Assembly (NCBI GenBank): GCA_965112735.1
Contig: OZ218959.1
Location: forward strand, 248,001-312,000
DNA: 64,000 bases
Source: Phaeosaccion multiseriatum
Taxonomy: Eukaryota; Protista; Ochrophyta, other classes
Reading direction: 5' to 3'
In this document: piece by piece, positions 1 to 12,300 of the stretch
How positions within the stretch are numbered: the stretch's first letter is position 1
Layout: every line of letters starts with the position of its first letter
Notes under the pieces: model-generated
Database searches by the model: none
The model's input: only the letters and a program-made list of their open reading frames with translations
Told to the model about the DNA's origin: nothing
Translations under genes and position numbers: made by a program

Positions 1-2649
1 GCACCAGCTTCTTCTTCCGCTCCGTCCCCTCCGTCTCGTGGCGACGAGGACCGACTTCTAGCGGCGGAGAGCCTCAACCTGCTTGGAACTGTCGCAGAGC
101 GAGACGCGGAGGGATCAGGAGTAGGGAGGCATGCGAAAGAAGGGCCACCCGCAGGCGCAGACGCAGCAGAAGGAGAAGCAAAAGAAGAAACAGCGGCCCA
201 TGATGGGGAAACAGCAGCAGCACCAGCAGCACCAGCAGCAGAGAAGCAGGCTCCAGGAAGGAGAGGGAAGAGGGGGAGGCCGGCCACGAGCAGGGCCGCG
301 GGTGACGGTCCGACAGCAGAGGAGGAGGAGGAGGTGGAGGACGAGGAGGAGGAGACAGAGCCGTTACCCAAGGTAGGCAGAACGACGAGGGGGCGCAAGG
401 CAGCCACGCCCGGGGGGAAGGCAGCAGACGGTCCACAGGCAGGAGACCCAGGAGGGCATGACGCTGGCCGAGAAGAGGGGGCAGGGGAGTGGGGGCGAAG
501 GGGCGCAAAGAGGGGCAGACACGAGAGCTCGGATGCAGCAGCAGTAGCAGCCGCAGCAGCAACAGCGGTGACGGCTACGGCGGCGGCGGCGGAGGAAGGA
601 GGCGGAAGAGGCACGAACGAGCCGGCAAAGGCGGCGAAGGCAGTCGATGGTCCCTCTAGCAAGGCGCCTGCGCCCGCTGGTGGGGGTCGAGCCATGTCTG
701 TGGCCGGCAGGAGGATCGGGAGGGGAGGAAGGGGAGGGGCAAGGGAGAGGGCCAATCGAGCGGTGGCAGCAGCGGCGGCGGCATCAGCGGCTGCTGGAGG
801 CGGGAAAGGAAAAGCTGCTGCTGCCAATGGGCAGGTACCCCTCCCTGTAACGGCCTGGGGCGGGGGGGGGAGCGCTCCTCCTTCCCCTGCCGGCGTGAGG
901 CCAGCGACCGCCGCACCCGTGACGGTACGTGTCGGAGGAGCCTTTGTGCAGAGTCGCCAGGCAAGAGAGGACTCAGAGGCGGCTGCAGCCACTGCTGCTG
1001 CCACCGCCGCTGCCGCCTCTGGGGGTCTGTTGGGCGGGGAGGGGGGCAAGGGGGGTAAGAAGAAGGGCAGCACAGAGGAGGAAATACGGAAGAGCACGAC
1101 CATGATCGCGCTGTGTCAGGGTATTCAGATTCGGAAGCGAGACCCCAACAAGAAGGGGAAGGCCAAAAAGAAGAAGAAGGTAAAGAAGGGGAAAGGGAAG
1201 GGTGGGCAGAAGGGGGGGGATGACGAGGATGACGACGACGAGGATGAGGAGGACGAGAACGAGGACGAGGCGGCAGCAGCGAAGGCGCCCCCTCCACCGG
1301 TGGTGAAGAAGAAAGCCCCTCCTCCTCCCAAGCCCAAGGCATCCATCGGGCCGAGGGTGACGCTTGTGAACGGGGTTCTGCGAGTGGACGCGTCGAGTCT
1401 CGAGGTGGGCACCGCCAGGGAGGTACAGGATGAAGCGCAGTACGAGGAGGTGCATGAGGATGCAAGCATGACTGCAACGAGCAGCAGCTTCACCACCAGG
1501 GAGAAGACCGAGCGCTGGGACGCGGATGCCACTCGGCAGTTCTACCGGGCCCTGCAGAGCTGCGGCACGGACTTTACTGTGATGGAGTACATGTTTCAGA
1601 CCCGCTCCAAGAAGCAGCTCAAGAACAAGTTCAAGAAGGAGGAGAGGTTGAGGCCAAAGCTCATCAGCCTGGCGCTGTCTAGCACCGATCCGCTGGACAT
1701 GTCCCTGTTCGAGGGAAAGCTCGGCAAGCTCAGCGTGGCGGCGGCGGGGAGCAGCAGCAGCAGCAGTACCACCAGTAGCACTACCAAGAGCAGCAATCGC
1801 ACCAGCACCACCGGCAGCACGCCTGCTGTAGGTGCCAGTGTTGCCGCTGGTGCGAGGGCTGGCAATGCCGCTGCCACCACGAGCAGCAGTGCACCGTTGG
1901 CCGCGGCCTCTTCATCCAAGAGGGCGGCAGCAACAGGTGGCAGCCCTGAGGGCAGTACAAGCCGCAGTAGTCGTGCAGAGGCGGCGTCGGCGGCTGACGC
2001 TGCCACTACGGCGGCGCGATCCGTCCTTGCGCAGTCCTTGGAGAGCAGCCTGGCCCTGGCCAAGACCAAGGCCCAGACCCAGCAGCAGGAGGGAGAGGAG
2101 GGAGAGGAGGACAGCGACGGTTACGAAGAGGTGCACGAGAGTGGCGCGAGTCGCGAATCGGCTCTGGAACTGCAGTTGCACCCGGCCTTGGGGGGCAAGG
2201 GTAGGGGGGGGGGCGGGCAGCCGAATGGCCCCTCCGCAGAGGGGAGCGCGACAGGCGAGGAGGAAGGTGCTTCTACTTCTGTATCACCACCTGCTGCGGT
2301 TGCTGCTGTATCGCCACCTGCTGCGGCTCCTCCTCCTGCTGCTGCTGCTGCTGCTGCTGTTCCTGGTCGAGGAGAGGGCGCGGCGGTGCCTCCGTTGACA
2401 GAGGAAAGAAGCGCTTCCATCGTGCCAGGGGCAGCAGTGGCAGCGAAGAGCGCCTCTATTGCACCAGGGGCAGCAGTTGCAGCGGGAAGCATCGTTCCAG
2501 GGGCAGCAGTTGCAGCGGGAAGCATCGTTCCAGGGGCAGCAGTTAAAGCAAGGAGTATCGTCCCAGGGGCAGCAGTGGTAGCGAGGAGCGCCTCTATTGT
2601 ACCACGGGCAGCAGTGGCGATGATGCCGGCCACACCAGAGCGGGACTAA
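1..2649 (+). CDS. BDP1: TFIIIB B'' subunit Bdp1-like SANT/Myb protein (5' partial)
   Basis: Frame 1 is open from base 1 to TAA at 2649, so the GTG at 334 is not the true start. Bdp1-type signature: GPRVTLVNGVLRVDASSL...TSSSF...ERWDADATRQFYRALQSCGTDFTVMEYMFQTRSKKQLKNKFKKEER..P.LI..AL. No intron needed. Confidence 0.85.
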   Translation, partial: APASSSAPSPPSRGDEDRLLAAESLNLLGTVAERDAEGSGVGRHAKEGPPAGADAAEGEAKEETAAHDGETAAAPAAPAAEKQAPGRRGKRGRPATSRAAGDGPTAEEEEEVEDEEEETEPLPKVGRTTRGRKAATPGGKAADGPQAGDPGGHDAGREEGAGEWGRRGAKRGRHESSDAAAVAAAAATAVTATAAAAEEGGGRGTNEPAKAAKAVDGPSSKAPAPAGGGRAMSVAGRRIGRGGRGGARERANRAVAAAAAASAAAGGGKGKAAAANGQVPLPVTAWGGGGSAPPSPAGVRPATAAPVTVRVGGAFVQSRQAREDSEAAAATAAATAAAASGGLLGGEGGKGGKKKGSTEEEIRKSTTMIALCQGIQIRKRDPNKKGKAKKKKKVKKGKGKGGQKGGDDEDDDDEDEEDENEDEAAAAKAPPPPVVKKKAPPPPKPKASIGPRVTLVNGVLRVDASSLEVGTAREVQDEAQYEEVHEDASMTATSSSFTTREKTERWDADATRQFYRALQSCGTDFTVMEYMFQTRSKKQLKNKFKKEERLRPKLISLALSSTDPLDMSLFEGKLGKLSVAAAGSSSSSSTTSSTTKSSNRTSTTGSTPAVGASVAAGARAGNAAATTSSSAPLAAASSSKRAAATGGSPEGSTSRSSRAEAASAADAATTAARSVLAQSLESSLALAKTKAQTQQQEGEEGEEDSDGYEEVHESGASRESALELQLHPALGGKGRGGGGQPNGPSAEGSATGEEEGASTSVSPPAAVAAVSPPAAAPPPAAAAAAAVPGRGEGAAVPPLTEERSASIVPGAAVAAKSASIAPGAAVAAGSIVPGAAVAAGSIVPGAAVKARSIVPGAAVVARSASIVPRAAVAMMPATPERD

Positions 2650-3373
2650 TGAGACGGAACAGAGGAGAGGTGTGGTCAGAGCGGGACTCATCGACTACCC
2701 TGAGCCATGAGCGAGGTACTGATGGTGGTGGTGCCCTTCCCACGCCCCTCCATCAAGGCAATTTGTGCTCGGAGGAGGCCCTTGAGGCTCTGAGGCCCGC
2801 CCTTTCGCCCTTTTCCCTCTCCCTTGCCCTCCTTATACCTACATGACGTGTAATTTAATTGGATGTAGATACGAAAGGCAGTTTTGTACATAATTGATGA
2901 GAAAGAGATTTCATTTGTAGCGAGAGCAAAGGGGGGGGGCGGCCTAGGGCGGCCAGCGGCCAGCTCATCAAGTATCCCCCCTGGGGAGCCCCAAAAATTT
3001 GTGCCCAAACTTTTCCCCCCGGGGGGGCAGGACAGTTGGGTTGGGGCAGAGCTGTGGTAAACACCAACGACGCAGGGCTTTCCAGAGCGATAGGGAGACT
3101 AGCCCCTTGGCTCTCACTCCCTAAGCTGTGTGCCTTGTGTGTGAAGAAGGCCCAACCCTCCGAGGAAGTCAGAGTTTTCAACGTTGCCGATCCTCGACCC
3201 ACGGTGCCGAAAACTTGAGGCCGGGGGGGGGAGATCCGAGATAGATAGACAGGGGAGAGGCCTAGGCAGCAAGAGAGCGTCGTGCTTGCCAAGATATTGG
3301 TGGGAGGCTCTGCTGCGACGGCAGCTTGACCCTTGGGAGGTTGCGGAGAAGCTGGGATAAAGGGGCCGGAGGA

Positions 3374-4983
3374 ATGGATATGAGTGGGAGCTCCCCAGCA
3401 GTTGAGATGAGTATAGCAGCTGCAGAGGGCCACTCGCAGGCAATGGCAGTCGCAGACTTTCTGCCGAGCTCGACCCCGGCAGGATTAGTAGAGGCTGTGG
3501 CTGCGGGGGGGGCGTCAGGCGCGGTCGCAGCTCCCGCGCCGGCAGCAGAACCAGCTGCATGTGTTAGCGCGCCACCTGCATGTCCCCCAGTGGAAGCACC
3601 GGCAGGCTTCGCTGCGGCAGGGCCAGCGGCGGCGGGAGCGGGGAACACGGCCAAGCCCAAGGCCAAGCGTAATGTGCGCAAGTGGAACGAGGTGGAGGAC
3701 GAGACAATGATGAAGCTCGTGCGTGAGTACGGGACCAAGTCGTGGGGGTTGATAGGTAGCCTGCTGGAAGGGAGGACCGGCAAACAGTGTAGAGAAAGGT
3801 GCGTATGGTGGGGAAGGGGGGGGGGGGAGAGTGTGGTCTTGCTGAGCCCACCTCTTCGCACACGGGAGAGCATGCGGGTGCCAGCCTTGTTATTTCTCAA
3901 GCCCATGGAACGATTTTTCGAACTGCTCGTTGGTCCTCCAACCGGTCAGGCTGGCTGGTGGAAGGCTGGGCTGGTGGTGACCGCGCTCTCTATGCCTGCT
4001 TGTCTCCACGCTTATTCGCCCCCCCCCCCCGCCCGTCCGCTCTCTCTGTCTGCCTGCTGTTGCCCCGCAGGTGGCACAACCAACTGGACCCTTCCATCAA
4101 GCGCGAGCCGTGGACGAGAGCAGAGGAGGACGTTCTCATGAAGGCACACGCCATGTACGGAAACCGCTGGGCAGAGATCGCCAAGCTGCTTCCCGGCCGG
4201 ACCGACAATGCCATCAAGAACCACTGGAACAGCGCCAAGCGAAGGCTCAGCCGCCAGCAACACGGCCCCGGATCCGTCGATGTTGGCGGCGGTGGTGGTG
4301 GACAGGCAGCGGGGGGCAAGGCGCATGGGGCGGGGGTGGACCTTCCGAGCCCTGTGAACGTCAATGACCTGCTGGCCATGGACCTGAACGTGTTCAGCAC
4401 CAGGCAGGGCGGGCAGCAGTTGCAGCAGCACGGATTGGGCTCAGCGGCTTCTAGCGGCGGTCGCGGCAACAAGCGTAGCGCTGCCGCCGCCCGCTTGGAC
4501 GGTGGAGGGCGTGGGGCTGGGGGCGTGGGGCGCTGGGGCCTCCTGACGCAGGGGAACTGGAGACAAGAGGCCTTCTCGCTGGGCCACGAGGGAGAGGAGG
4601 CAGCGGCAATGCTCTTCTCCGCCAAGGCCGTCTCGTCAGGAGAGGGCGCGGGCACAGCGGGGGGCAAGGTGACGGCCTACGGACTGTCCGAGCTGCAGCG
4701 CTTCCAGAGGGAGAAGGCGCTCCGCCTGGCCATCCATGGGGGGGCGGACGGGGGGGATGTGGACATGACGGACGCCGAGAGGGCCGAGGCCAATGAAGTC
4801 ATGGTCAAGGAGGCCACGCCTGACGTCATTGACGCCAAGGGTATGCTGCTCTTCCTCAAGAAGTCCACCAGCGACAACGCCAGCAGCACGAGCAGTGAAG
4901 GCGGCGACGACAAGCAGTCGTCTTCAGGGCAGGAGCAGGAGCAGGAGCAGCCGGGGGCCGCCGCCCTTTCTACCGAGCCGGCC

Positions 4984-5018
<35 letters not shown>

Positions 5019-5529
5019 GGAGGCGGGATCGGAGTCCAAGGCGGAAGCAGGGGCGGCGGGAGCAGAAGCCGAGGCAAAGGTGGGGGCGATGGCGGAGGCG
5101 GACGGGCCCCTTTCCTCCTCCTCCTCCGGCCCTGCCGTCCCTCTTGCCACCCCTCCCTCCCCATGCACGTCGGCAGAGGCCTCGGACGGAGCCTCAGCCT
5201 CTCCCCTGTCCACAATGGGTGCGAAGCTGAGGCCCACGCCACTCGACGGCGGCGCCTTTGCCCTCGCGGATTGCGTAAGCGAGCCCCCCCCCAATGCAGG
5301 GGAAGGGGGAGGGGCAGGAGAGGGCACCCTCCAGCTCAGCATCCTCGCAGAGGCAGCGAGCAGCAGCAGCAGCGAGGGGGGAAGTCGGAGCAGCACCCCC
5401 ACTGTGGCCGAGTCTACAGAAGAGTCTGAAACCGCCGCCGCCGCCGCCGCCGGAGTGCTCACTTGTGCCCTGGAGGAAACCGAAACACTTGGCGTACTTG
5501 CGGAGGCGGCGAGAATCGCCACGTGCTAA
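3374..5529 (+). CDS. R2R3-Myb transcription factor
   Basis: join(3374..3798,4071..5529). The GT-AG intron 3799-4070 splits CRER|WHNQLDP. Repeats are [41 protein letters not shown] and [42 protein letters not shown]. The start ATG is uncertain. Confidence 0.92.
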
Positions 5530-6733
5530 CCACACAGGGCTGCACGCACGCACGCACGCACACCACGGCCCGGCGGGGAAGGTGGGCCAGCGGTTGGGGT
5601 CAAGTAAAGATTCAAGGGGAAGGGGATTCGGAGGTGTCTTGTTTTGTATCCCCTTGGGTCCTAGGACGGTGGAGGAGGACAATTAATTTTGTTTTTGCGG
5701 AGGGAAGGCAGCTTAAGGCCCATGGCGGCAGGGAAGGAGGAAGACAGAGGCACGTAGCACTAGTTGTTATAGGTTATAGAGGGGGGGATGATGTATGTAT
5801 AAGAGCGGTAGTCTCTTTGTGAATGAGTGAAGGGGGGGGAGATGGGAGGGAAGGGAGGGGGGGGGGGGTTGGTTGGGATTGTGGGGCGTCGTCCGCTGCC
5901 GCTCAGGGCGGGCACACGCACCGCCCCAAACGCCCCCACTACATTAGAAGGCAGGCCGGCAGGCAGGCAGGCACAGCAGTACAGTTAAATGGATGGCAAC
6001 TTAATATATCGAAAGCGCTTCACGTTAAAACATTCCGCCCCCGAGCGGACACTGAAGACACCCTATTAGTTCTTCACTCTCGCTCTGTTTCCGCTTCCTC
6101 GTGACTTGTGGTGCTGTCCCACAGAGTGGGCTGTCGTATGGACCAGACTGCCTGCAGCAGAGCCACAGGGCAGCAACAAGGGCGGGAGGTCCAGTCTACT
6201 CTTGCGTACGTGGAGCACGGCCAGGCAGCGGCGACTTTCCCCTAGAGAGATCGGCCGGGGACGGACCATCCGCTGCCATCCTGTGTCGGTGTGTCAGCGC
6301 CTTTGTGCGGCCCTGGATCGCCCGCCGCAGGCTTGCTCCCTGAGCAAACTCCCTGAGCACACCCCATGACCGATGGCCAGCACCGTGACCAGCAAGCTGG
6401 CATCAGCAAGCTGGCATGAGCAAGCTGGCATCAGCAAGTTGGGGATGTGGATGGCCAGGGTAAAAGGTAGCTGCCCTGCGAGGGTCTCAAGGGCACACAC
6501 ACACGCCACCCCTCTTGCACCTGCTGCCGTGCTGCCGTGCTGCCGTGCTGCCGTGCTGCCGTCCACGTTGCTGAGGCTGAGGTTGAGCCGTGTAGCTTCG
6601 ACGCTCTGCAGTGAACAATAGAGCATAGAGTTTTGATGCGCTGGCTGCGGTGCACTTTGGAGTAGTGCGGTGTCGTCTCGCCGTTTCATATTGAGTCGAG
6701 AATTCCCACCCGTGCATGTTCCCTCCTACCCTC

Positions 6734-8603
6734 TCACCCTCCCGCCCAGCCGCCCTCGGATAAAGCCTCTGTTCCACACGCCGCCGCCCTAGGCATGTGG
6801 AGTTGGTGATATTCTCGCATGCCCTGTGAGCCGAACCCCACAACCACCCCCGTCCCTGCTGCTGCTGCTGCTGCTGTACCACCAACTGCCGCGGCTGTGG
6901 AGCTGTCCCAGGGGCTCCGGCTGGCGAAGTGCAAGAGGCTCTGTGCGAGTTGCACGGCCCTTACAAAGCCCCCCTCCGCCGCCTTGACTCGGTACCAGGG
7001 TAGGCTCAGAGCATCCAGCACGGCGTCAGCAGCGTCTTGAGACCACATCTGGAGTCCGTCCTGCAGCGCCGCGCAGGGAGGGCTGTTCACCACCGGGGGG
7101 CTGTCTCCTCCTCCTCCTCCTCCTCCTCCTTGTGTGTCTTCGCTATGGCAGTGCGCGGGGAAGGTACCGAAGTAACGTGCCGCCGGGGGGTGCTGCATTG
7201 CCAGGGGAAGTACCTGAGAGGGGGGGAGTGAGTGAGTGAGTGAGTGAGTGAAGGAAGAGAGGGAGCGCGGGAGAGGGAGGAAGGGTAAGGTGGGGGGGGC
7301 ATACTGTGCCAGTGCTCAGATCGAGGCTCCACGGAGTGGGGGGGTGGGCTTGCAGCCTGAGCAAACGAGAGAGAGTCAACGTTTTGAGCCGCAGGGAAAA
7401 ACGCCATTTGTGGACAGGGAGGGCCAAGGCATCTCAAGCAAGCCTTCCTTCCTCCTGCTCCTTAAGCTCTGCTCCTTGAGCTCCCCTTGTGGCCGAATAG
7501 ACTGTGCATCACCCAGCAAGCCAAGCGTCAAGTAAGGAAGCAGCTCATTTCCCCTGGACAAGGACAAGCTACGCTCAGCCTATCATGTGACTCCTGTAAG
7601 TCAATACAGTGTATAGCCAACCCCCTAACCCCCCGAACCCCCCGTACAGGCCCCAGCCCTGACCTGCTGCAAGTGCACGTACGCCCCCTGCGACACTTTG
7701 GCGGTCCACATGCCCCGGCAAGCGTGAGCGCCCCAAGAAAGAGCTGCAGCCCCCACCAACAGATCGGCCTCGAGCTGCCTCTCCGCCTCGTCTGCTCGTG
7801 GTGATGGTGAGAACAAGCCCCCTCCGTCTTCCTCGGCCTCTCCCCCCCCCTCCCCCCCCCTCCACGCGCCGGACACGATGATCATATCCCCGTTGCGCTC
7901 TACCTCCTCTTTCAAGGCTTTCCATGCGTGGGCTGCCATCGGGTCTGATGGGCGAGGCCCTCGTGAGCTCTGCGGGTGAGGCGTCTCCCCCTCCTCCTCC
8001 TCTTCCCTGAAGGAAAAATAACCGTGCGCCACGGGCACGAAAAACGCCGCGATCGTCACATTGTGCAGAGGATTGGTGTGCCCCTCCTCGCCACTGTCGC
8101 CACATGCGGGGCAGTCTCCTGCTACTGCCGCTGTCGTTGCATCTCGGAGCCAAGTGTCCCGCACGGCCTGCCGCATCTTGCTGCACTCCTCCACGGGCAG
8201 CAGGCAGCTGTCGATACCAAAGGCGAAAGCCACCTGTTGCAATGAAGGGAATTAGTGGAGCAGCAGCAAGAGCAGATGCAACAGCAAGAGCAGCAGTTAG
8301 GACAGCTCCTGGGAAACGGTGCGGAGGACCTGCCAGTATGGACACGGCCGCAGAGGAGAAGAAGGAAACAATGGCGGAAGAAGAAGCTACCATCGAAGCA
8401 AATAGTATAGAGTACCAAGACGAAAGACTACACTGTCCACAATACACCTGCTTGGAAGCCCCACTGCACACGCCATCAACAGCCCAGGCCGAGTGTGTAC
8501 GCGTTAGCCTGAGTTCCTCCTTCTTGCTTCTGGATGAGGGGGGGAGGTCAGCCCTTGCAAACAGAGGGAGTATCATGAGAGCTGCCCGCCACAGCAGCGG
8601 CAT
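6734..8603 (-). CDS. Divergent GT31 (galactosyltransferase/fringe-like) family protein with N-terminal signal/anchor
   Basis: Predicted exons are 8448-8603, 7664-8233, ~7380-7579 (donor uncertain) and 6734-7213. Hydrophobic N-terminus MPLLWRAALMILPLFARA. GT31-like motifs appear in order: FAFGIDS, RQAVRDTW, LKEEVERNGDMIIV, KVSQGAYVHL, GLQMWSQDAADAV, MREYHQL. Confidence 0.55.
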
Positions 8604-9105
8604 CTTCTATCTTTTTATATCCGCGGGCAGCTGGATGGTCCTGATGTGTTGGTTATTCGATCGAGCCATCTGTTGGCTGCCGCCGGAGCGTTCACTTTAC
8701 TTTTAGACAACCATAGATGATTCGATAGATGATGTGTGGTCCCCCATAAAGCAGAATCCTGCGGCGGCCTGCGGCCGAAAGTAAGAAGCCTGCGGCTGGC
8801 CTGCGGCCAGAAGCCTGCAGAAAGTAGCGAGAAGCCTGCCAAGTCCCCCATTTTTCTCCCAGCCTGAGAAGCCTGAAGCCTGACCACTGGCCTGCGGTAG
8901 CTACCGGATCCGGAGGTCCCGCTAGCATGCTACCGAGAAAGAGTAAGAGAACACACAGAGGGGCCAAGGTCGACACACTTCGAATGAGCCATCCAGTAAA
9001 TGCAATGCGTACACACATCAACACAAAAATCCAGACATTCAAGACATGCTAGCCGACGAGGGCACCCCTGCCACGCGCAGAGCCAAGAGCCAAAGGTCCT
9101 CAAGG

Positions 9106-9107
<2 letters not shown>

Positions 9108-9149
<42 letters not shown>

Positions 9150-9213
9150 GCTCAACAGGGCCGCCCCCCTCAGGTCAGCAGCTGCGTGCCTGTCTGCCTG
9201 CCTGCCTGCCTGT

Positions 9214-9288
<75 letters not shown>

Positions 9289-9290
9289 CC
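9108..9290. repeat. (GA)n and (GCCT)n microsatellites downstream of the PKD2 stop
   Basis: Directly visible; they generate the spurious PACL/RQAG ORFs. Confidence 0.95.
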
Positions 9291-9334
9291 CAGTATGACT
9301 GCGGGCCTGCCTGCCCTTATCCCGCCCGCCCTCC

Positions 9335-12300
9335 TCACTGCCCCTTTCGACTGCGGGCCTGCACAATGGCGCTCTCGAGCTGCGCGATGAGGGTGCGTTG
9401 GTGCTCCTCCAGAGAAGCGATCTCTGTCATCAGAGCCACCTAAGGGAGGGGGGGTAGGCATATGGGCAGACATGAGGACAGGCATATGGGCAGGTAGGCA
9501 GGCAGGCCGGCAGGCCGGTAGGCAGGCAAACACGCACGAGAAACGGAGGGGGTGAGGAGGGGGTGAGGAGGGGGCGGCTCGCAACAAAAGACAAGACGCT
9601 AATGGGAGGGAGACAAAGGAAAGAAGCACTGGGCTACTAAGCGAGAGCGATTAGTCCTTGGCACTCCGCGCTCTCCCTAGCGCTTCATACGTGATTCTTA
9701 GGTTGATTCCTATGAAGTCAATAACGCTGCCCACCCTCCCCCACCCCCCACCTTGGGATTGAGCACTTGCTCCGCGAGCCTGTTCTTCTCCCTCTTGCGC
9801 TCCTTCTTGTCCTCCTCCATGGCCTTTGCGGCAGCAACATTTGCCTCCAATCTTTCGTGCTCCTCTAGAGGGGGGGGGGCATGGGATGGGACAGGACGAC
9901 CGGTACCGTCAGAGGACTCCGAGTAGAGAGGGACAGGAGGGACAGGAGAGGCGGGAGGGGTCGCAAAAGGGGTGCCATATGGGTGCCGCATCGGTGCCAT
10001 AACGCCATACCGCCCCATGCATGGAACGGACAGTGCAAGTCAAGCAAATGAAGCAAGTGAAAGCTTCTCATCCCCTCCCCTTGCTTTCAAGTACAGGAAA
10101 GCAAATGAAGCAAGTGAAAGCTTCTCATCCCCTCCCCTTGCTTTCAAGTACAGGAAAGCAAATGAAGCAAGTGAAAGCTTCTCATCCCCTCCCCTTGCTT
10201 TCAAGTACAGGAAAGCAAATGAAGCAAGTGAAAGCTTCTCATCCCCTCCCCTTGCTTTCAAGTACAGGAAAGCAAATGAAGCAAGTGAAAGCTTCTCATC
10301 CCCTCCCCTTGCTTTCAAGTACAGGAAAGCAAATGAAGCAAGTGAAAGCTTCTCATCCCCTCCCCTTGCTTTCAAGTACAGGAAAGCAAATGAAGCAAGT
10401 GAAAGCTTCTCATCCCCTCCCCTTGCTTTCAAGTACAGGAAAGCAAATGAAGCAAGTGAAAGCTTCTCACCCCCTCCCCTTGCTTTCAAGTACAGGAAAG
10501 CAAATGAAGCAAGTGAAAGCTTCTCATCCCCTCCCCTTGCTTTCAAGTACAGGAAAGCAAATGAAGGAAGCGAACGCTTCTCATCCCCTCCCCTTCCTTT
10601 CAAGTACAGGAAAGCAAATGAGGCAAGTGAAAGCTTCTCACCCCCCCGCCCCTTGCTTGCTTGCGGGCTTGACCCACCTCGAGCCTTGGCAGCTCTTTGC
10701 TCCAGGGCAAGCTGCAGCGGGTCGTTTGCCTCCTCCTTCTCCTCCTTGGGCCTGCGTGGAAGGGCAGGGCGTGTGTTAGGCTGTGCGTGTGTGTATGCAT
10801 GTGTGGCTGTGTATGCGTGTGTGTGTGTATGCGTGGCTGTGTGTGCGCGCGTGCAGAAGCCATCTCAGCAGACATGGACAGACACGAGTAAGGGCTCGCG
10901 AGCTGCAGCCCAGAGCTGCGAGCACATCACATCACAGCAAAGCACCCTCCCAATCCCCCTGCCCCTCTGCCTGCCTGCCCCTCTGCCTGCCTGCCCCTCT
11001 GCCTGCCTGCCCTTCTACCTGCCTGCCCAGTGCCACTCACCCCTCCACAGCTGCCTGGGCTCCTCGCGGCGGCCTACGCGATCCGACGGCGGTCTTAACC
11101 CTCTGTTGCCCCATCTCAATCACTTTCTCGGCCTTTTCGTAGGCGGCCACGCACGGCAGGCGCTGCAGATAAGCCCCAACAGTACGCTTGCAGCGCTTCC
11201 AGTCCCGCAGGAGGGGGTCGTCACTATCGCTGTCCGCCTCGGCCTTGCCATTGCCCTTGCTGTCATCAGCTCCTCCGCCATGGGCCTCGTGCACTTCGTC
11301 GAAGGCCATGTTGACAACAGCGAACATCATGCTCAGCACCACAAACACCATGAGCAGTACGAAGGAGATGAATAGGAATGGCCCGAGGTAGGGCGCAATC
11401 TCGCGAAGATTGTCGAGCTCGAAGTGCCCGAGTGTTGTGTCGAACAGCGTGGCCAAAGACTCGAAGAAGTCTCTGTAGTCGGCCTCGGTATGTCCAAAAA
11501 CCATCATGAAGGAAATGCCGAAGCCAGAAACCACAATGCCGATAATGATGCAGATGATAACCATCTCGGAGGCGGACCGGCCGAGGGTGGTGACGAAGCG
11601 GGACAGAGAGGGGGAGAAGCTGGCGTGCTCGAAGAACTGAAACATGATGCACACTACATTGATGGCGATGAGGCTGTTGAGGTATTGGTAGTTGGTAGCA
11701 ACATAGAAGAGGGGCATGAAGCGGCTCCTCTCCTCCGCCCGGAGTTCGTCCACCATGTTCATGACCGTCCACGCCACGTTGACGTACAGCGTGAACTGCA
11801 GCGCGAACATTACCACGGAGGAGAAGGTGAAAATGTTCCATACGCTCGCCCACAGCCACTTGAGCCCATGGGTCCTGATGCTAGTCAGCATGCACAGCGT
11901 GCGGTGGAGCACCAACACGCTCATGAGCAGCACCACGCAGAAGTGCTCCCAGTCGAAAGACGCCTTGTGGCTGAGCGTGTCCAGCTCGGATGACAGTACC
12001 CTTGCCCCGAGAAAGACGCCGAATGTGCCCATCTCGAACGAGGGCACCACCGCCCCTTCGGGAGTCACTTCGGCAAGCATCCGGCACACAGTGAGCGTGT
12101 CGGCGACTGGGTTGTAGAGATTGAACTCGAGGAAGATACTCCGTGTTTGAAAGTCAATATAGCCCGCCTGGAATAGGTCCGTGAGGGTTTGCCTGGCCGC
12201 AGTGTAATTGTCGGGCAGTTCTACGACGTAGCCGCTGCCCGGGTAGATGAGTTTGTTAGCGGACCCAACGAAGGTTGTTGTTTGCAGCTCCGAGCTGGAC

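Noticed and set aside
5823-6700. Several short ORFs between the Myb and GT31-like genes
   Set aside because: There are no recognisable motifs or consistent splice pattern; likely convergent 3' UTRs with small repeats such as (CTGCCGTG)n.
10042-10650. CRISPR-like array of palindromic repeats
   Set aside because: There are no variable spacers and no cas genes, and the context is a eukaryotic intron.
9972-11375. 467-aa plus-strand ORF and overlapping ORFs with 19-aa repeats
   Set aside because: Artefact of the 57-bp repeat lying antisense within a PKD2 intron and exon; several frames are open only because the unit length is a multiple of 3.
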